Assembly: GCF_000315625.1 (NCBI RefSeq)
Contig: NW_005434664.1
Coordinates: 813,603-853,605 of the forward strand
Length of the DNA stretch: 40,003 bases
Source of the DNA: Guillardia theta CCMP2712
Lineage: Eukaryota > Protista > Cryptophyta
Direction of reading: 5' to 3'
The notes under the pieces are model-generated. The model saw nothing but the letters and a program-made list of their open reading frames with translations. It was not told where the DNA came from and made no database searches. The translations under genes were made by a program, and so were the position numbers. This document shows positions 1-11,900 of the stretch, one piece after another. How positions within the stretch are numbered: the first letter of the stretch is position 1; the number at the start of each line of letters is the position of its first letter.

Positions 1-175
1 GTCATCATCATCATCATCGTCGTCGTCGTCATCATCATCATCAACAACAACAAGCTCGCATGTCAACACTAGCAATCTCCTGACTGTCGCTTTCTACTGC
101 GACTTCTCCCTCGTCGTCCCACCTCGCTCCATCGCCACACACACACACGTTCAGCGTCTCACACACACACACAAC

Positions 176-3100
176 CTGCCGGGGCTCGTGAAGGACACCC
201 AACACGCCTCCCTGCAGAGAGTGAGAGGGAGGAGAAAATGACTGTAAGGACCCACCGGCTTCACCAGCCTCCAGCAGACCGAGAGGAAGGAAGTCAACTC
301 AGCCTGCTGGTCGACGCTCGATTCCACCTGAGAGAGCAGCGGTGAGACGGAGAGAGGGAAAGGAGGAAGAAGCAGGAGGAGAGGGAGGAGGTGGTAGAGG
401 GAAGGGCGGAGGAGGCACAGGGAGGAGGAAAGAAAGGACGGGGTAGAGAGCAGAGCAGGAGGGAAGGGAGAAGGTAGAGAGCTGAAGGGTGGGAAGGGAG
501 GTGTAGAGAGGTGACAGGAGCAGGATATCAGGTAGGGAGGAAGAGAAGGTAGAAAGGAGACGAAGAGGAGACGAAGGAGATGGAGAGGTAGAGCGAGAGA
601 GGGAGCGAAGGAGCGAGAAAGGGAGGGAGGGAGGAGCTCCGGCAACAGAAGGAGGAGGAGAGGAGAGGAGAGCATGGTTGTCTGCTCAGAAGAGCTCGAC
701 TCACCCTGGAGTGATGGAGGAGGACGAAGTCAAATGTCTCCTCCTCGAGGAAGGGAACCTGCTGCATGGTGACCCGCCCGAACTGAAACGCGAATCGTCA
801 GGAAGCGCGAGAATGAGCAGGAGGGGCCAACGGGAGCGAGCGCGGCCTCCTTGTAGTCTTGACGGGTCGCCGAAAGGTTGGGAGGGCTCGGGACGAAGTC
901 TTGATCAGCACAGATGACCTGGGAAGGGAGTGAAGAGGGAAGAAGAAGAGAGAGAGAGGGTGGGAGGGGGAGAGAGCCGAGTAAGCCCGAAGACTCAGTG
1001 ACTGATGATCCGGGACCTGATCGGATGCCAGGAGAAGTCCGTCGGCCGGGTGACTGAGGGCCTCGGAAAGCCTTACCCAGAAAGTTTGACAAGAAGAAAC
1101 CGGGTTGGAATTTTCTAAGGAGAAAAGATGATTGCTGAGCCTGATTTTTCAGTCAAACACTACCGTGGGCCCTCCTGACAACCGTTACCTTATTCAAGGG
1201 TATCTAGCATGAATCAAGTCCGGGAGTCAACATCGCATGAATCTTCTTCTTCTACTTCGGGGTAGACCGTGAGGAGAGAATCGTGCTATAACATTTAACC
1301 ATACATCCACAATGAAAAACAATAGGATCTCAAACTCATGGATCACAAAGTTCGTTCTTGGAGAAGAGCAACAACCTTTGAAAGCACTGAGGNNNNNNNN
1401 NNNNNNNNNNNNNNNNNNNNNNNNNNNNNNNNNNNNNNNNNNNNNNNNNNNNNNNNNNNNNNNNNNNNNNNNNNNNNNNNNNNNNNNNNNNNNNNNNNNN
1501 NNNNNNNNNNNNNNNNNNNNNNNNNNNNNNNNNNNNNNNNNNNNNNNNNNNNNNNNNNNNNNNNNNNNNNNNNNNNNNNNNNNNNNNNNNNNNNNNNNNN
1601 NNNNNNNNNNNNNNNNNNNNNNNNNNNNNNNNNNNNNNNNNNNNNNNNNNNNNNNNNNNNNNNNGTATCTTATCAAAGAAAAAACAAGAACAATCCTCTT
1701 CCTCATGTAACGTCACTTCAAGATTGTCCTCACCATGCTAGACGGAATTCAAATAACTGATACTCCTCAACCACCACCACCACCTCCTCCTCCTCCTCCT
1801 CCTCCTCCTCCTCCTCCTCCTCCTCCTCCTCCTCCTCCTCCTCCTCCTCCTCCATCACCTGAGGCAGCAGCAACGAGATGTTGTGGCTGTCAGTAACGAA
1901 AGACTCGAGCCCCGAGAAGGATTCGGCCACCTGCCCACCAGCAGACGCGTCACTTCCCCCGCCTCACCCCCCTCGCCCTCACCCTGAAGGAAAGGCCGTG
2001 ACGGCCGGGAATGAAGTTCATGGCAGTGAGCTCGAAAACGATCCCATCGCTCTGGGAGAAACTTGAGACGAGGCTCCTCCCGAGCACTCTTGCTCCTCTC
2101 CTCCTCTCCTCCTCTCCTCCTCTCCTCCTCTCCTCCTCGTTTCTGCCCTTGCCTCCAAGTCTGCGGTCTGATACTGCTCCTCCTTCCTCCCCTTCTCCCC
2201 TCGTCCCCTCGTCTCCTCTGCCCTGTCTCCCTTCCTGTCGCCTCCTTTCCCTCCTCCTTGCTCGTTTCCTCCTCTATTCCCCTCTACTCTCCCCAGAAAG
2301 TTCAAGTCAAACACACCTGCCATGCAACTGCCGTTCTGTTCGGGGGGTGACTAAAGAACGCCATGGTTGGGAGAGCATCGGCAAAGACGGTAGGGGAGGG
2401 TAAGAATAGCCTGAGGGAACGTTGATGATGAAGAAGAGAGAGGAGGGGGGAGGGGAGGATACAAGAACGAGGAGGAAGAGAGGTATTAGGAAGAGAAAGA
2501 CGAAGAAGAGAGAGGGGAGTGAAAATCTGAGTGAACAATGACCTGCCATGCCCAGCGACAACTTCGAAATGAACTGAAGAATGAGCTATGGCGACAAGAG
2601 TCTCGTCCTTGTGATTCCAACACTGTTAGAACCAGACAGCGGAGTTTGCATCTTAACCTGCAAGAGTACAACCCTAGCTGTGTGCTCGCCTTCTGTGGTG
2701 AAAGCGACACGATGAGCAGAAACGGCGCAAGGGAAAATGGAAAGAGAAGCACGAGCAGCACGAGCAGCACGAGCAACATGAGGCACAGGAGGGGCAGGAG
2801 GGGCAGGAGGGGCAGGAGTTCGACCATGGGGAGAGAGCGGGAAGAACAAGGATGGATGGGAAGGAGCAGGAGAGAAAAGAAACAAGAACAAGAGGAGATG
2901 ATTCACCTGGCAGATAGCTGATGCCATACCAACCTATCGGCATGCATGGCTTAGCATTTCCTTCCACCTCAGCCTGAAGTTGACAGTCAACGTTGATAAC
3001 GCAAGGCAAGCGAGCAAGAGCCCATCCCGCCAGCTTCACCCACATCGTCAACGTACGCAGCAATGAAGGAGCCTGACGGGCAGTGCGAGATGGAGTAGTT

Positions 3101-3351
3101 GAGGTACACAGCTGCGACATCGCCGGTAAGAGCCTCGTCAGCTAACAAGTTCACTGACCCCCTCCTGTGATCACTGCTCCATCGATCGGCGAGAAGATCG
3201 TTATCCTGCGTGCTCGACTGTCAGCTGCCATGGCTCTGAGCATGCAGAGAGCTCACGTGGGCTCCTCGCAAGAGGCTTGTCGCACCAGCAGACCACACAG
3301 GAGGAGGAGGCCCATAGCAATCGAATCCTGGTGTTTCATCCTTCCCACCAT
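176..3351 (-). CDS. Multi-exon secreted/Golgi protein with N-terminal Ig-like region and C-terminal class I SAM-dependent methyltransferase domain (3' partial, spans a gap; could be two genes)
   Basis: Phase-0 exons 918-832 (VICADQD..), 758-705 (VPFLEEETFDFVLLHHSR), 327-256 (..FLSVCWRLVKP) and 211-176 (GGVLGVLHEPRQ) join at GT-AG sites. They give the 'v.g.D', 'LPF.d.sFD.V' and 'RvLKPGG.l' methyltransferase motifs. 5' exons read M(VGRMKHQDSIAM)GLLLLCGLLVRQASC (signal peptide), ITIFSPIDGAVI and YLPEGEHTARVVLL (Ig-like). The link across 920-1860 is unproven. Confidence 0.6.
1393..1664. other. Assembly gap (N)
   Basis: Run of N. Confidence 1.
1784..1852. repeat. (TCC)n microsatellite, probably intronic
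   Basis: Pure TCC run that lies just downstream (minus sense) of a minus-strand GT donor. Confidence 0.95.
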
Positions 3352-3746
3352 CCTGCTGGTCCTCCACCCTCCCAAGGTCAAGCGAGCAAGGAGCTTCTGT
3401 CTTCACATCCTTGTAGCAAGCTCTTCTCTCCTCTCCTCCACACTCGCCGCTAGAGCTGCTGCCAACCCTCCGCCTTCTCCGACTCCTCCGCCTCCTCCGC
3501 CTCCTCAGATCTCCTCGGATCCTGTCCCGCCCCAAAGTATCCATCCGTCCGCCTGCCTGCCTCAGATGTCTTAGAGGGCCGGGCTAGTCGAATAATGCTG
3601 AGCCCGGGCCCGGGCCCGGGGTCACCGGGTGGCGGCCTGCCATACTACTGAGGGCCGCGGGCCAGTAACTCCTAGAGTGCATTCAAGACAGTCTGACGGG
3701 CCATACAATGAGGAGGTGGGGGTAAAGTACGATCATCTTTCATTAT

Positions 3747-6112
3747 CTACTCTTGATCTTCAAAGTCTTGATATTGCAACAACTCCTGCGGCAACATCTC
3801 AGTCAGAACGAGTGCCGCTGCGCAGATCGATCTTGTGCTACCGCCTCCAGCGTGTTGCATCTTTCTTGCAAGAACTGCACTAGCTCGCTCAGTCGTCTAG
3901 AGAGCAAGCGATGTTACCGGGAGGAAACAGAGACTGACAAGGGAAGGAGGGAGCAAACCCGAAGTCCTCGAAGAGCTGGTCTCTTTCTGCCTGCAGCTTC
4001 TTCTCCTCCTTCTGCTTCTCGAGGAAGCGCTGAGCTGGAGTTGACAGGGAGGGTATCACAGACGGCAAAGCAGGCGAAGCAACACCGCACATAGCTGTTT
4101 GCAGATCTCCCTGGTACAGCTGAGAGAGAGCTCGAGGGGCTCCTGCTCTTGGTCGGTGGGGGACAGGGGTGGTTCCGGCTGGGACGGCAGGGAGAGGTCG
4201 AGGTACTTGGCTATGAAGACAGCGTCCTGGAGTGATTGCTGGGCCTGCCATAACGCGTCATTCCATCCTGTTCAAGCCCAGCAGGGGAAGAGCTGACCAG
4301 GTGTCGCTGCTTGCAGAGTTTCTCCTCCGCTCGGATCCTCCTCTCGGTCTCCTGTCAGGCTTCTCACGGCACACAGGAGGAGGAGGAGAAGGAGGAGGAG
4401 GAGCCGCAGTAGCAGCAGTCACCTCCTTCAGCGACTTGATCATGCTGGTGTGGACGTCTTCCTCCCTCCTCCGCTCTGTCCCCTCCCTCTCCTCCTCAGC
4501 GGCCGGGGCTCTGCCCTGTCTGCGGGAGGAGCCGACTTTGCCACACGAGTTGCATCTTGACGAATGAGCAAAACTATCCTCCTGCTCCTGCGGAAGCAGC
4601 CGGAACAGGACTGGCGATCCCCGATACCTCAGCAGCGCCTGCGGCATCAGTCAAGATCGAGTCCCTGATGCTCGATGCGCACGTGGGTGGGAGCGGCTGC
4701 AGTGGTGCTGGAGTTGACGGCAGGAGACTGAAATCTCTCCCTCCTCGACGAGCTCAACCTTGATAGACCTAGCAGAGGCAGTCATTCTCACTTGCCTCAT
4801 GCCCCCCNNNNNNNNNNNNNNNNNNNNNNNNNNNNNNNNNNNNNNNNNNNNNNNNNNNNNNNNNNNNNNNNNNNNNNNNNNNNNNNNNNNNNNNNNNNNN
4901 NNNNNNNNNNNNNNNNNNNNNNNNNNNNNNNNNNNNNNNNNNNNNNNNNNNNNNNNNNNNNNNNNNNNNNNNNNNNNNNNNNNNNNNNNNNNNNNNNNNN
5001 NNNNNNNNNNNNNNNNNNNNNNNNNNNNNNNNNNNNNNNNNNNNNNNNNNNNNNNNNNNNNNNNNNNNNNNNNNNNNNNNNNNNNNNNNNNNNNNNNNNN
5101 NNNNNNNNNNNNNNNNNNNNNNNNNNNNNNNNNNNNNNNNNNNNNNNNNNNNNNNNNNNNNNNNNNNNNNNNNNNNNNNNNNNNNNNNNNNNNNNNNNNN
5201 NNNNNNNNNNNNNNNNNNNNNNNNNNNNNNNNNNNNNNNNNNNNNNNNNNNNNNNNNNNNNNNNNNNNNNNNNNNNNNNNNNNNNNNNNNNNNNNNNNNN
5301 NNNNNNNNNNNNNNNNNNNNNNNNNNNNNNNNNNNNNNNNNNNNNNNNNNNNNNNNNNNNNNNNNNNNNNNNNNNNNNNNNNNNNNNNNNNNNNNNNNNN
5401 NNNNNNNNNNNNNNNNNNNNNNNNNNNNNNNNNNNNNNNNNNNNNNNNNNNNNNNNNNNNNNNNNNNNNNNNNNNNNNNNNNNNNNNNNNNNNNNNNNNN
5501 NNNNNNNNNNNNNNNNNNNNNNNNNNNNNNNNNNNNNNNNNNNNNNNNNNNNNNNNNNNNNNNNNNNNNNNNNNNNNNNNNNNNNNNNNNNNNNNNNNNN
5601 NNNNNNNNNNNNNNNNNNNNNNNNNNNNNNNNNNNNNNNNNNNNNNNNNNNNNNNNNNNNNNNNNNNNNNNNNNNNNNNNNNNNNNNNNNNNNNNNNNNN
5701 NNNNNNNNNNNNNNNNNNNNNNNNNNNNNNNNNNNNNNNNNNNNNNNNNNNNNNNNNNNNNNNNCAAGAGCTCTGAAACGTTGATTCCCTTAGACTCAGC
5801 TGCTGTCAGCTGAAGTCAAAATTGAAAGTCCATTCAACAGGTTGCAGGTACCTGGCCTGCACAACTTCTTCGAGCTTGCTTCATTCTTGGAGTTTTTAAG
5901 CATCAGAAACAGATCGCGCGATGGTATCAATCCCTCATATTGAATGTCCTGCTCAAGGAAGTCAACCCATTCGGAGCAATTTTCACAGATAGCAAGACAG
6001 GATTCAGTCCTGCCTCAAAACGAACTCGATAGACGTCTGAGAATAAAACCTGCGTGAATGTGCATTTGCTGCCGATCTCTCATAAAGAACATTCCACGAA
6101 ATCATCTCCCAT

Positions 6113-6188
<76 letters not shown>

Positions 6189-6475
6189 TCTCTCGTTCGA
6201 CTGGAATGTCGGTCGGCACTGCAGTTTGACAAAAGCAGCTCCACGCCTGGTCAAATTCAAATGTCCCCACCCCCCTCCTCGACTCCAAGGGATGGTCAAA
6301 TTGACCCCTGGTGTCTTACCACCTCGGGTTGAGCAATCCTTTCCATGAAGGCGATCGTCTGTTTCGGAAGTTCGGTCGGACAGAATGAACAGTTAACAAA
6401 CATCTTCATCTCAAACGTTGTCTGCGCCAACTCCGCCACCACTTGTTCTTGTGATTGTCCTGTCTTCACTCGCAT
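3747..6475 (-). CDS. Hypothetical multi-exon protein with C-terminal coiled coil (spans the 4808-5764 gap; may be two genes)
   Basis: Exon-like open segments bounded by AG/GT: MRVKTGQSQEQVVAELAQ..(from 6475), ESCLAICENCSEWVDFLEQDI.., WNDALWQAQQSLQDAVFIAKYLD.., RFLEKQKEEKKLQAERDQLFEDF, VQFLQERCNTLEA, ELLQYQDFEDQE* (TAG 3749-3747). No family recognised. Confidence 0.45.
4808..5764. other. Assembly gap (N)
   Basis: Run of N. Confidence 1.
6116..6185. repeat. (CT)n microsatellite
   Basis: About 35 CT units. Confidence 0.97.
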
Positions 6476-6836
6476 TTACTTGCATGACATAACACCACCT
6501 CCCGTACTGAATCTCTCAGTCCTGGCCTTGATCGGCTACCCTCTCACACCATCGTCTCCCTCCCTCCTCCTCCTGCTCCCCCTCTCCTCCTGCTGCTCTC
6601 CTCACGGAGCCTCGAATGGTGGATGGGTGGACACGAACTAGGTTCAATCTTCAACTTCAATAGTACAAAGAGGTCTAGAAGAGGCACAAAAATAACATAT
6701 CACATGACATCGCCATCCCCTCAGGGGACAACATGGTGAAAGACTTCTAATCTGATGACTTGCCGTGTTCAAAATCGGAAGGGAAGGAGGAACGAGAGCG
6801 GGAGGGAGAGCACAAGAAGATGTATCTGCCCTCTCC

Positions 6837-8529
6837 TCAGTCAGGTACTACCTCCCAGTATCCATCCTCCTTCATCGCTCTCACGTCCTCCTTCCGCCCC
6901 TGCGTTGACTCAGCAGGCTGTTCCGCCTTCCCTTTCCCCTTGACGTCCTTGTCCGGAACTATCGCCCAGTAGCCTCCATACTTGTTCGCCTCTTCCTCAG
7001 TCTTCCCTGGAAGCCACGCCCACTGCCCATCCGCAGCCTTGTCCTCCCCGTCCCCGCCTGATGACTCCTTCAACCCCCTCACCTCAATCTTGTTCCTCAA
7101 CCGATCGAGCGCGTCCTGCATCAGCCGCACACGAACTTTGTCCAAGTCCGAACTGCAAGCAGCGAGTCAGCTCCCTCCCCCGTCCCTGCTCCCACCCTCA
7201 CCGATCTCCCCCGTAGCTCGAGATGTAGTCCCTCCACGACATGCGATAGTTGTTGGAGCCCTGCTCTCCTCGACGGAGGGGAATCTTGGTCGACTCCTTG
7301 GGAGCCATCCACTCCTCCTTGAAGGTTCCCCCGCGTTCTCCCGCACGAACTCCGAGGTCGACAGGCGGCCATGTCGACTGATTCGTTCCAGCTGCCGACA
7401 GGTTTGCCGTCCTCGACACCTCATGAGAGACGTCCTGAGGGAACCTGGCGACCTCAGGAGGGTTGACGCCATACGGCATATCCCACGACACGAAAGGTCG
7501 TCTGGAGGAGAATCAATCAAGATTGGGCCCAACAAGATGTACAAGGAGGAGGTACAACAACGAAGAACGTGTACACCAAGGAGAAGGATTCAAACCCAAT
7601 GAGAATGGTGTACATCAATCAGAAGGATTTGCATAAAATCTCTGCGTTACCCGTAAACGTCGTCGACAAAGTCACCGTGCGATCTCGTTCCCCAATGTCG
7701 CTTCCACTGCGGGTAAGGCCGGTAGCCCTGTAGCAGGATGGGTCAAGGACGGAAAGAGAGAATCTCGAATACCTTGGAATAGACATCATCAATGTAATCT
7801 TGGTGCTTCCTCGTCCCCCAATGCGATCGCCATGCGGGGTATGGACGATATTCCTTGAAAACATGTCCGACATAGTCGTCATGCCTGCACACACACGGCC
7901 TTCAGCTGGGGCTGAGCACCAGCATGCTCGACAACCTCCTCGTTCCCCAGTTGTGGTTCATCTTGCGGATGGTCTTGACGATCATCTGCGGCCCCGGCAC
8001 AACGACACGTTGCACTGGCACAGTGACCACCCCCGGCTGCACTGCAAATGAAGATTTGAGCGGTGACATGCCGTAGCCAGTGAAGTCCTCAGGCTCTGCA
8101 AACTGCATGGGAAAGACTGGAACAGCATTCGATGCTTGAGGATAAAGCCACTGGTATGTGTTCGGCACCAGTTGGAACCTACAGTCGAATTACACGAAAA
8201 GTATTGGTGCAGTTCCAGTCTACCTTTCCATGCAGTCTGAATCGCAAAGCAGAGAGGGACTGAAGATATTCTCCGACCTGAAAGCTTATTATGATGATAA
8301 ATACAAGAAAGAGCTGAAAGCTTGTTATGATGATAAATACAAGAAAGAGCAGAGGATGAGAAGGTGACCTGTGTACTGCTATCACATACACTGACAGCAC
8401 CGCCGTGCAACCAATCAAGACAGCTAGCCTGAAGGCAACATGTAGGGTCAGGCAAGGGTACCAATGTCGGGAAAGAGATATGGAGATTGTTGTACCTCCT
8501 TCTTCTTTTCCAGGTCTCCTCCTCCTCAT
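6837..8529 (-). CDS. Hypothetical single-pass (type II) membrane protein, multi-exon
   Basis: MRRRRPGKEEG is followed by a hydrophobic exon LAVLIGCTAVLSVYVIAVHR. Later exons include SENIFSPSLLCDSDCMER, VPNTYQWLYPQ..KMNHNW, and a last exon ..DKVRVRLMQDALDRLRNKIE..GYWAIVPD..GYWEVVPD*. No known family. Confidence 0.55.
8278..8349. repeat. Tandem 36-bp duplication including a minus-strand splice acceptor
   Basis: ctgaaagctt(a/g)ttatgatgataaatacaagaaagag x2. Confidence 0.9.
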
Positions 8530-8985
8530 CTCGCCTCCGCCATGTGCCGGCTCTTGTCACGTCCCCTGCTCCTCCCCCACTGTCTGCCATTGCGACAGAA
8601 ATAGGTCTTGCCCCCCTCCCCACTTTGACCAGTGTAATTTATCTTATTAGACTCTCAGACTTTGACTCCCAGTCCCGGACGGCCGAGCTCAGGGCCCCGG
8701 GCCCGGCCGGGCCGGGCGGCCCGTGCCGGGCGGCCAGCTGCGCGGCTGACTGTGAGAGGCCGAGAGCGGCCGGTTCAACTGGCTGATTGACTCAAAGTCA
8801 AGTCGAGGACAACCAGGAGAGTAGAGGAGGGCCGCTTGCCCCTCAGACACTGTCGCACAGGCCAAACGGCGAGAAGAGAAAAGACAGCCAGTGACTTAAC
8901 TGACACTAAGATATTCAGTTTATTAGTATACAATAATGAACAAAAAGCCAACTTGACTGGCAACAAAACATCATATACCTCACTA

Positions 8986-11900
8986 TCATTCATCGAGGTC
9001 CTCAACCACAATCTCGTTCTTAACGTCGTGCGACAGCTGATCGGTTGACGCCATGGAATTCCTCTTGTGTATGTGTCGGATAGACCAGGGGTGCTGGTGA
9101 GCGTGGTGAGTCTCCTCCCCATCGTCTACTCTATCGATCACGATGTGAGAGCCCGTGCTGGGAGTGAGCGATATCTTCCGGAACATTGACAAGGCCCTGT
9201 CCCGCGCGTTCGCCTGACCCGGAGATGCAGACTGACCGTGGAAGGGATGAACATAGTCAGCCAGGTTTGCGGGTCCAGCATCTGGTGGAAGGTGGACGAT
9301 CGAGATCCGAGGATGAATCCTGCTGGACTTGTTCCTGTTGACCCGCAAGTGACTGAAGCCAAAGAAGCAGAGCACTGCAAGCAAGACGCCTCCCAGCACC
9401 ACCCCTGTCACAACAGCTGGGAATGGAAGCGAGAAGGCCTTTGACACTGCTTGTGCTGTCGGAGCTGCCGATACGGATGAGGAAGTGGACACGGAGGACC
9501 CTTTACGAACATCGGCAACGGGCAGTCCTCGATCCTGCAGCGCTTGATTCACCGCTTCAGTTGTCAGCCGCTGCAAAATCTTCAACGCGTCTTGAGAATC
9601 CTTGGCGACGATCATCAGCAACACTTCGATGGATGTCGCTCGCCGATTGTTTTCTTTGACACTCACGACTCCGATGTTCTTGGAGGGCACTTGAGCAACG
9701 TGAGCCATCGCATCCAGCAGGGTGTTCTGATCCTGGTTGAAAGCTTGCACAGTTGATTGGAGCGTCACGCTGACAGATATCAATACTGGGAGAGACATGT
9801 TGTTGAAAATTTCCTGAATGATGAAGTGAAATGCAATTCACACATACAATTCAAGGGATACATACCCAAAGTTGCGATCTTGAACACAATGCTGAAGAAT
9901 TGAGAGGTGATTCAACAACGTCGCGCACAACTATAGTTCTATTGATGTACTTGATGATTTCTGTCTGATTTCAAGGGTGGAAGTCACAAATCTACTAGGA
10001 AGAACGAACAAAAACCTGTTGCGAACAATTGATAAATGCATCAGAGCTATGGATAACATTGCTTTCCTGTATTTAAACACTGAGTGTAAGTTCGAAAAAA
10101 CACGGTGGTTGCAATTCAAGCATTTACATTGCCTTTCTTCCCTCCATCACATGGTAAATATATTGTCGTGTTGATATACCGAACAGCATCAACCATGTTC
10201 GAACCCGAAGACGACTGTTCAAAAAAATGTGAAAGAAAGTTCAAAAACAACAAACACTTACTGCATTTTGTAAGCATGGAAGCTCTTTCACGATAGTACG
10301 ATTAACAAAGACGGTTTGATTAATGCATGAACAGGTCCAGAGCAGGTTGCCCTTAGAAACATTCTGAGTACAATCAACTTCAAAATCAAAAAACAAGAAG
10401 CAAAAACAAACATAACCCACCGTGAAGTTGCAGTCCTGTGAAGATGAGATCACTGGACATTCTCGATCTCTATACACCGTCTGGTTGACGTAGATGGTCC
10501 GGTTGACGTAGATGGTCCTGTTCACGCACTCCGACGCGTTCTGCCAGCTGCCGTCAGCTCCATACCCTCTGTGTCCTCTACCCTCTTCAACCGCCCATCC
10601 TGCTCCCTCCTCCCCTCCCCTCCACCCTGGCCCGCCCCTTCAAACCACCCCGCCTCCCTCGTCTTCCATGGTCCGTCCTGCACCTAGTCCACACGCTCTC
10701 CTTCTCTCCTCCGGCTCCCTCCTGCCTCTGTCCCAGCCCCTCTTGTCCCAGCCTCTCTCATTCATCCTTCTTCTCCCCTCCGCTCGTCCCTACGAGATCC
10801 TCTCCATCGTGTCTCAGGCGTTCCTTACCCCCATGTCGTCGTACAAGCAGGAGCACTCTCCGGGCACCGTCTGGTTGACGTAGATGGTCCGGTTGACGTA
10901 GATGGTCCGGTTGACGTAGATGGTCCTGTTCACGCACTCCGACGCGTTCTGTGTGGCCCGATGAAGATACGGACGCATGGTCAGCTTCCCCTCCCCTTCT
11001 CCCTTCCCCATCAAGCACTTACCGCGGCCTCGTCTACCGTGGGACACTCTCGATCTCTGTACACAGTCCGGTTGACGTAGATGGTCCTGTTCACGCACTC
11101 CGACGCGTTCTGCCAGCTGCCGTCAGCTCCATACCCTCTGTGTCCTCTACCCTCTTCAACCGCCCATCCTGCTCCCTCCTCCCCTCCCCTTCACCCTGGC
11201 CCGCCCCTTCAAACCACCCCGCCTCCCTCGTCTTCCATGGTCCGTCCTGCACCTAGTCCACACGCTCTCCTTCTCTCCTCCGGCCCCCTCCTGCCTCTGT
11301 CCCAGCCTCTCATGTTCTCCCCTCTTCTCCCCTCCGCTCGTCCCTACGAGATCCTCTCCATCGTGTCTCAGGCGTTCCTTACCCCCATGTCGTCGTACAA
11401 GCAGGAGCACTCTCCGGGCACCGTCTGGTTGACGTAGATGGTCCGGTTGACGTAGATGGTCCTGTTCACGCACTCCGACGCGTTCTGTGTGGCCCGATGA
11501 AGATACGGACGCATGGTCAGCTTCCCCTCTCCTTCTCCCTTCCCCATCAAGCACTTACCGCGGCCTCGTCTACCGTGGGACACTCTCGATCTCTGTACAC
11601 AGTCCGGTTGACGTAGATGGTCCTGTTCACGCACTCCGACGCGTTCTGCCAGCTGCCGTCAGCTCCATACCCTCTGTGTCCTCTACCCTCTTCAACCGCC
11701 CATCCTGCTCCCTCCTCCCCTCCCCTTCACCCTGGCCCGCCCCTTCAAACCACCCCGCCTCCCTCGTCTTCCATGGTCCGTCCTGCACCTAGTCCACACG
11801 CTCTCCTTCTCTCCTCCGGCCCCCTCCTGCCTCTGTCCCAGCCTCTCACGTTCATCCTTCTTCTCCCCTCCGCTCGTCCCTACGAGATCCTCTCCATCGT

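Noticed and set aside
1227-5784. Long ORFs containing X runs (also 35707-36601 and 37956-38651)
   Set aside because: Artefacts of N-gaps; they carry no coding evidence.
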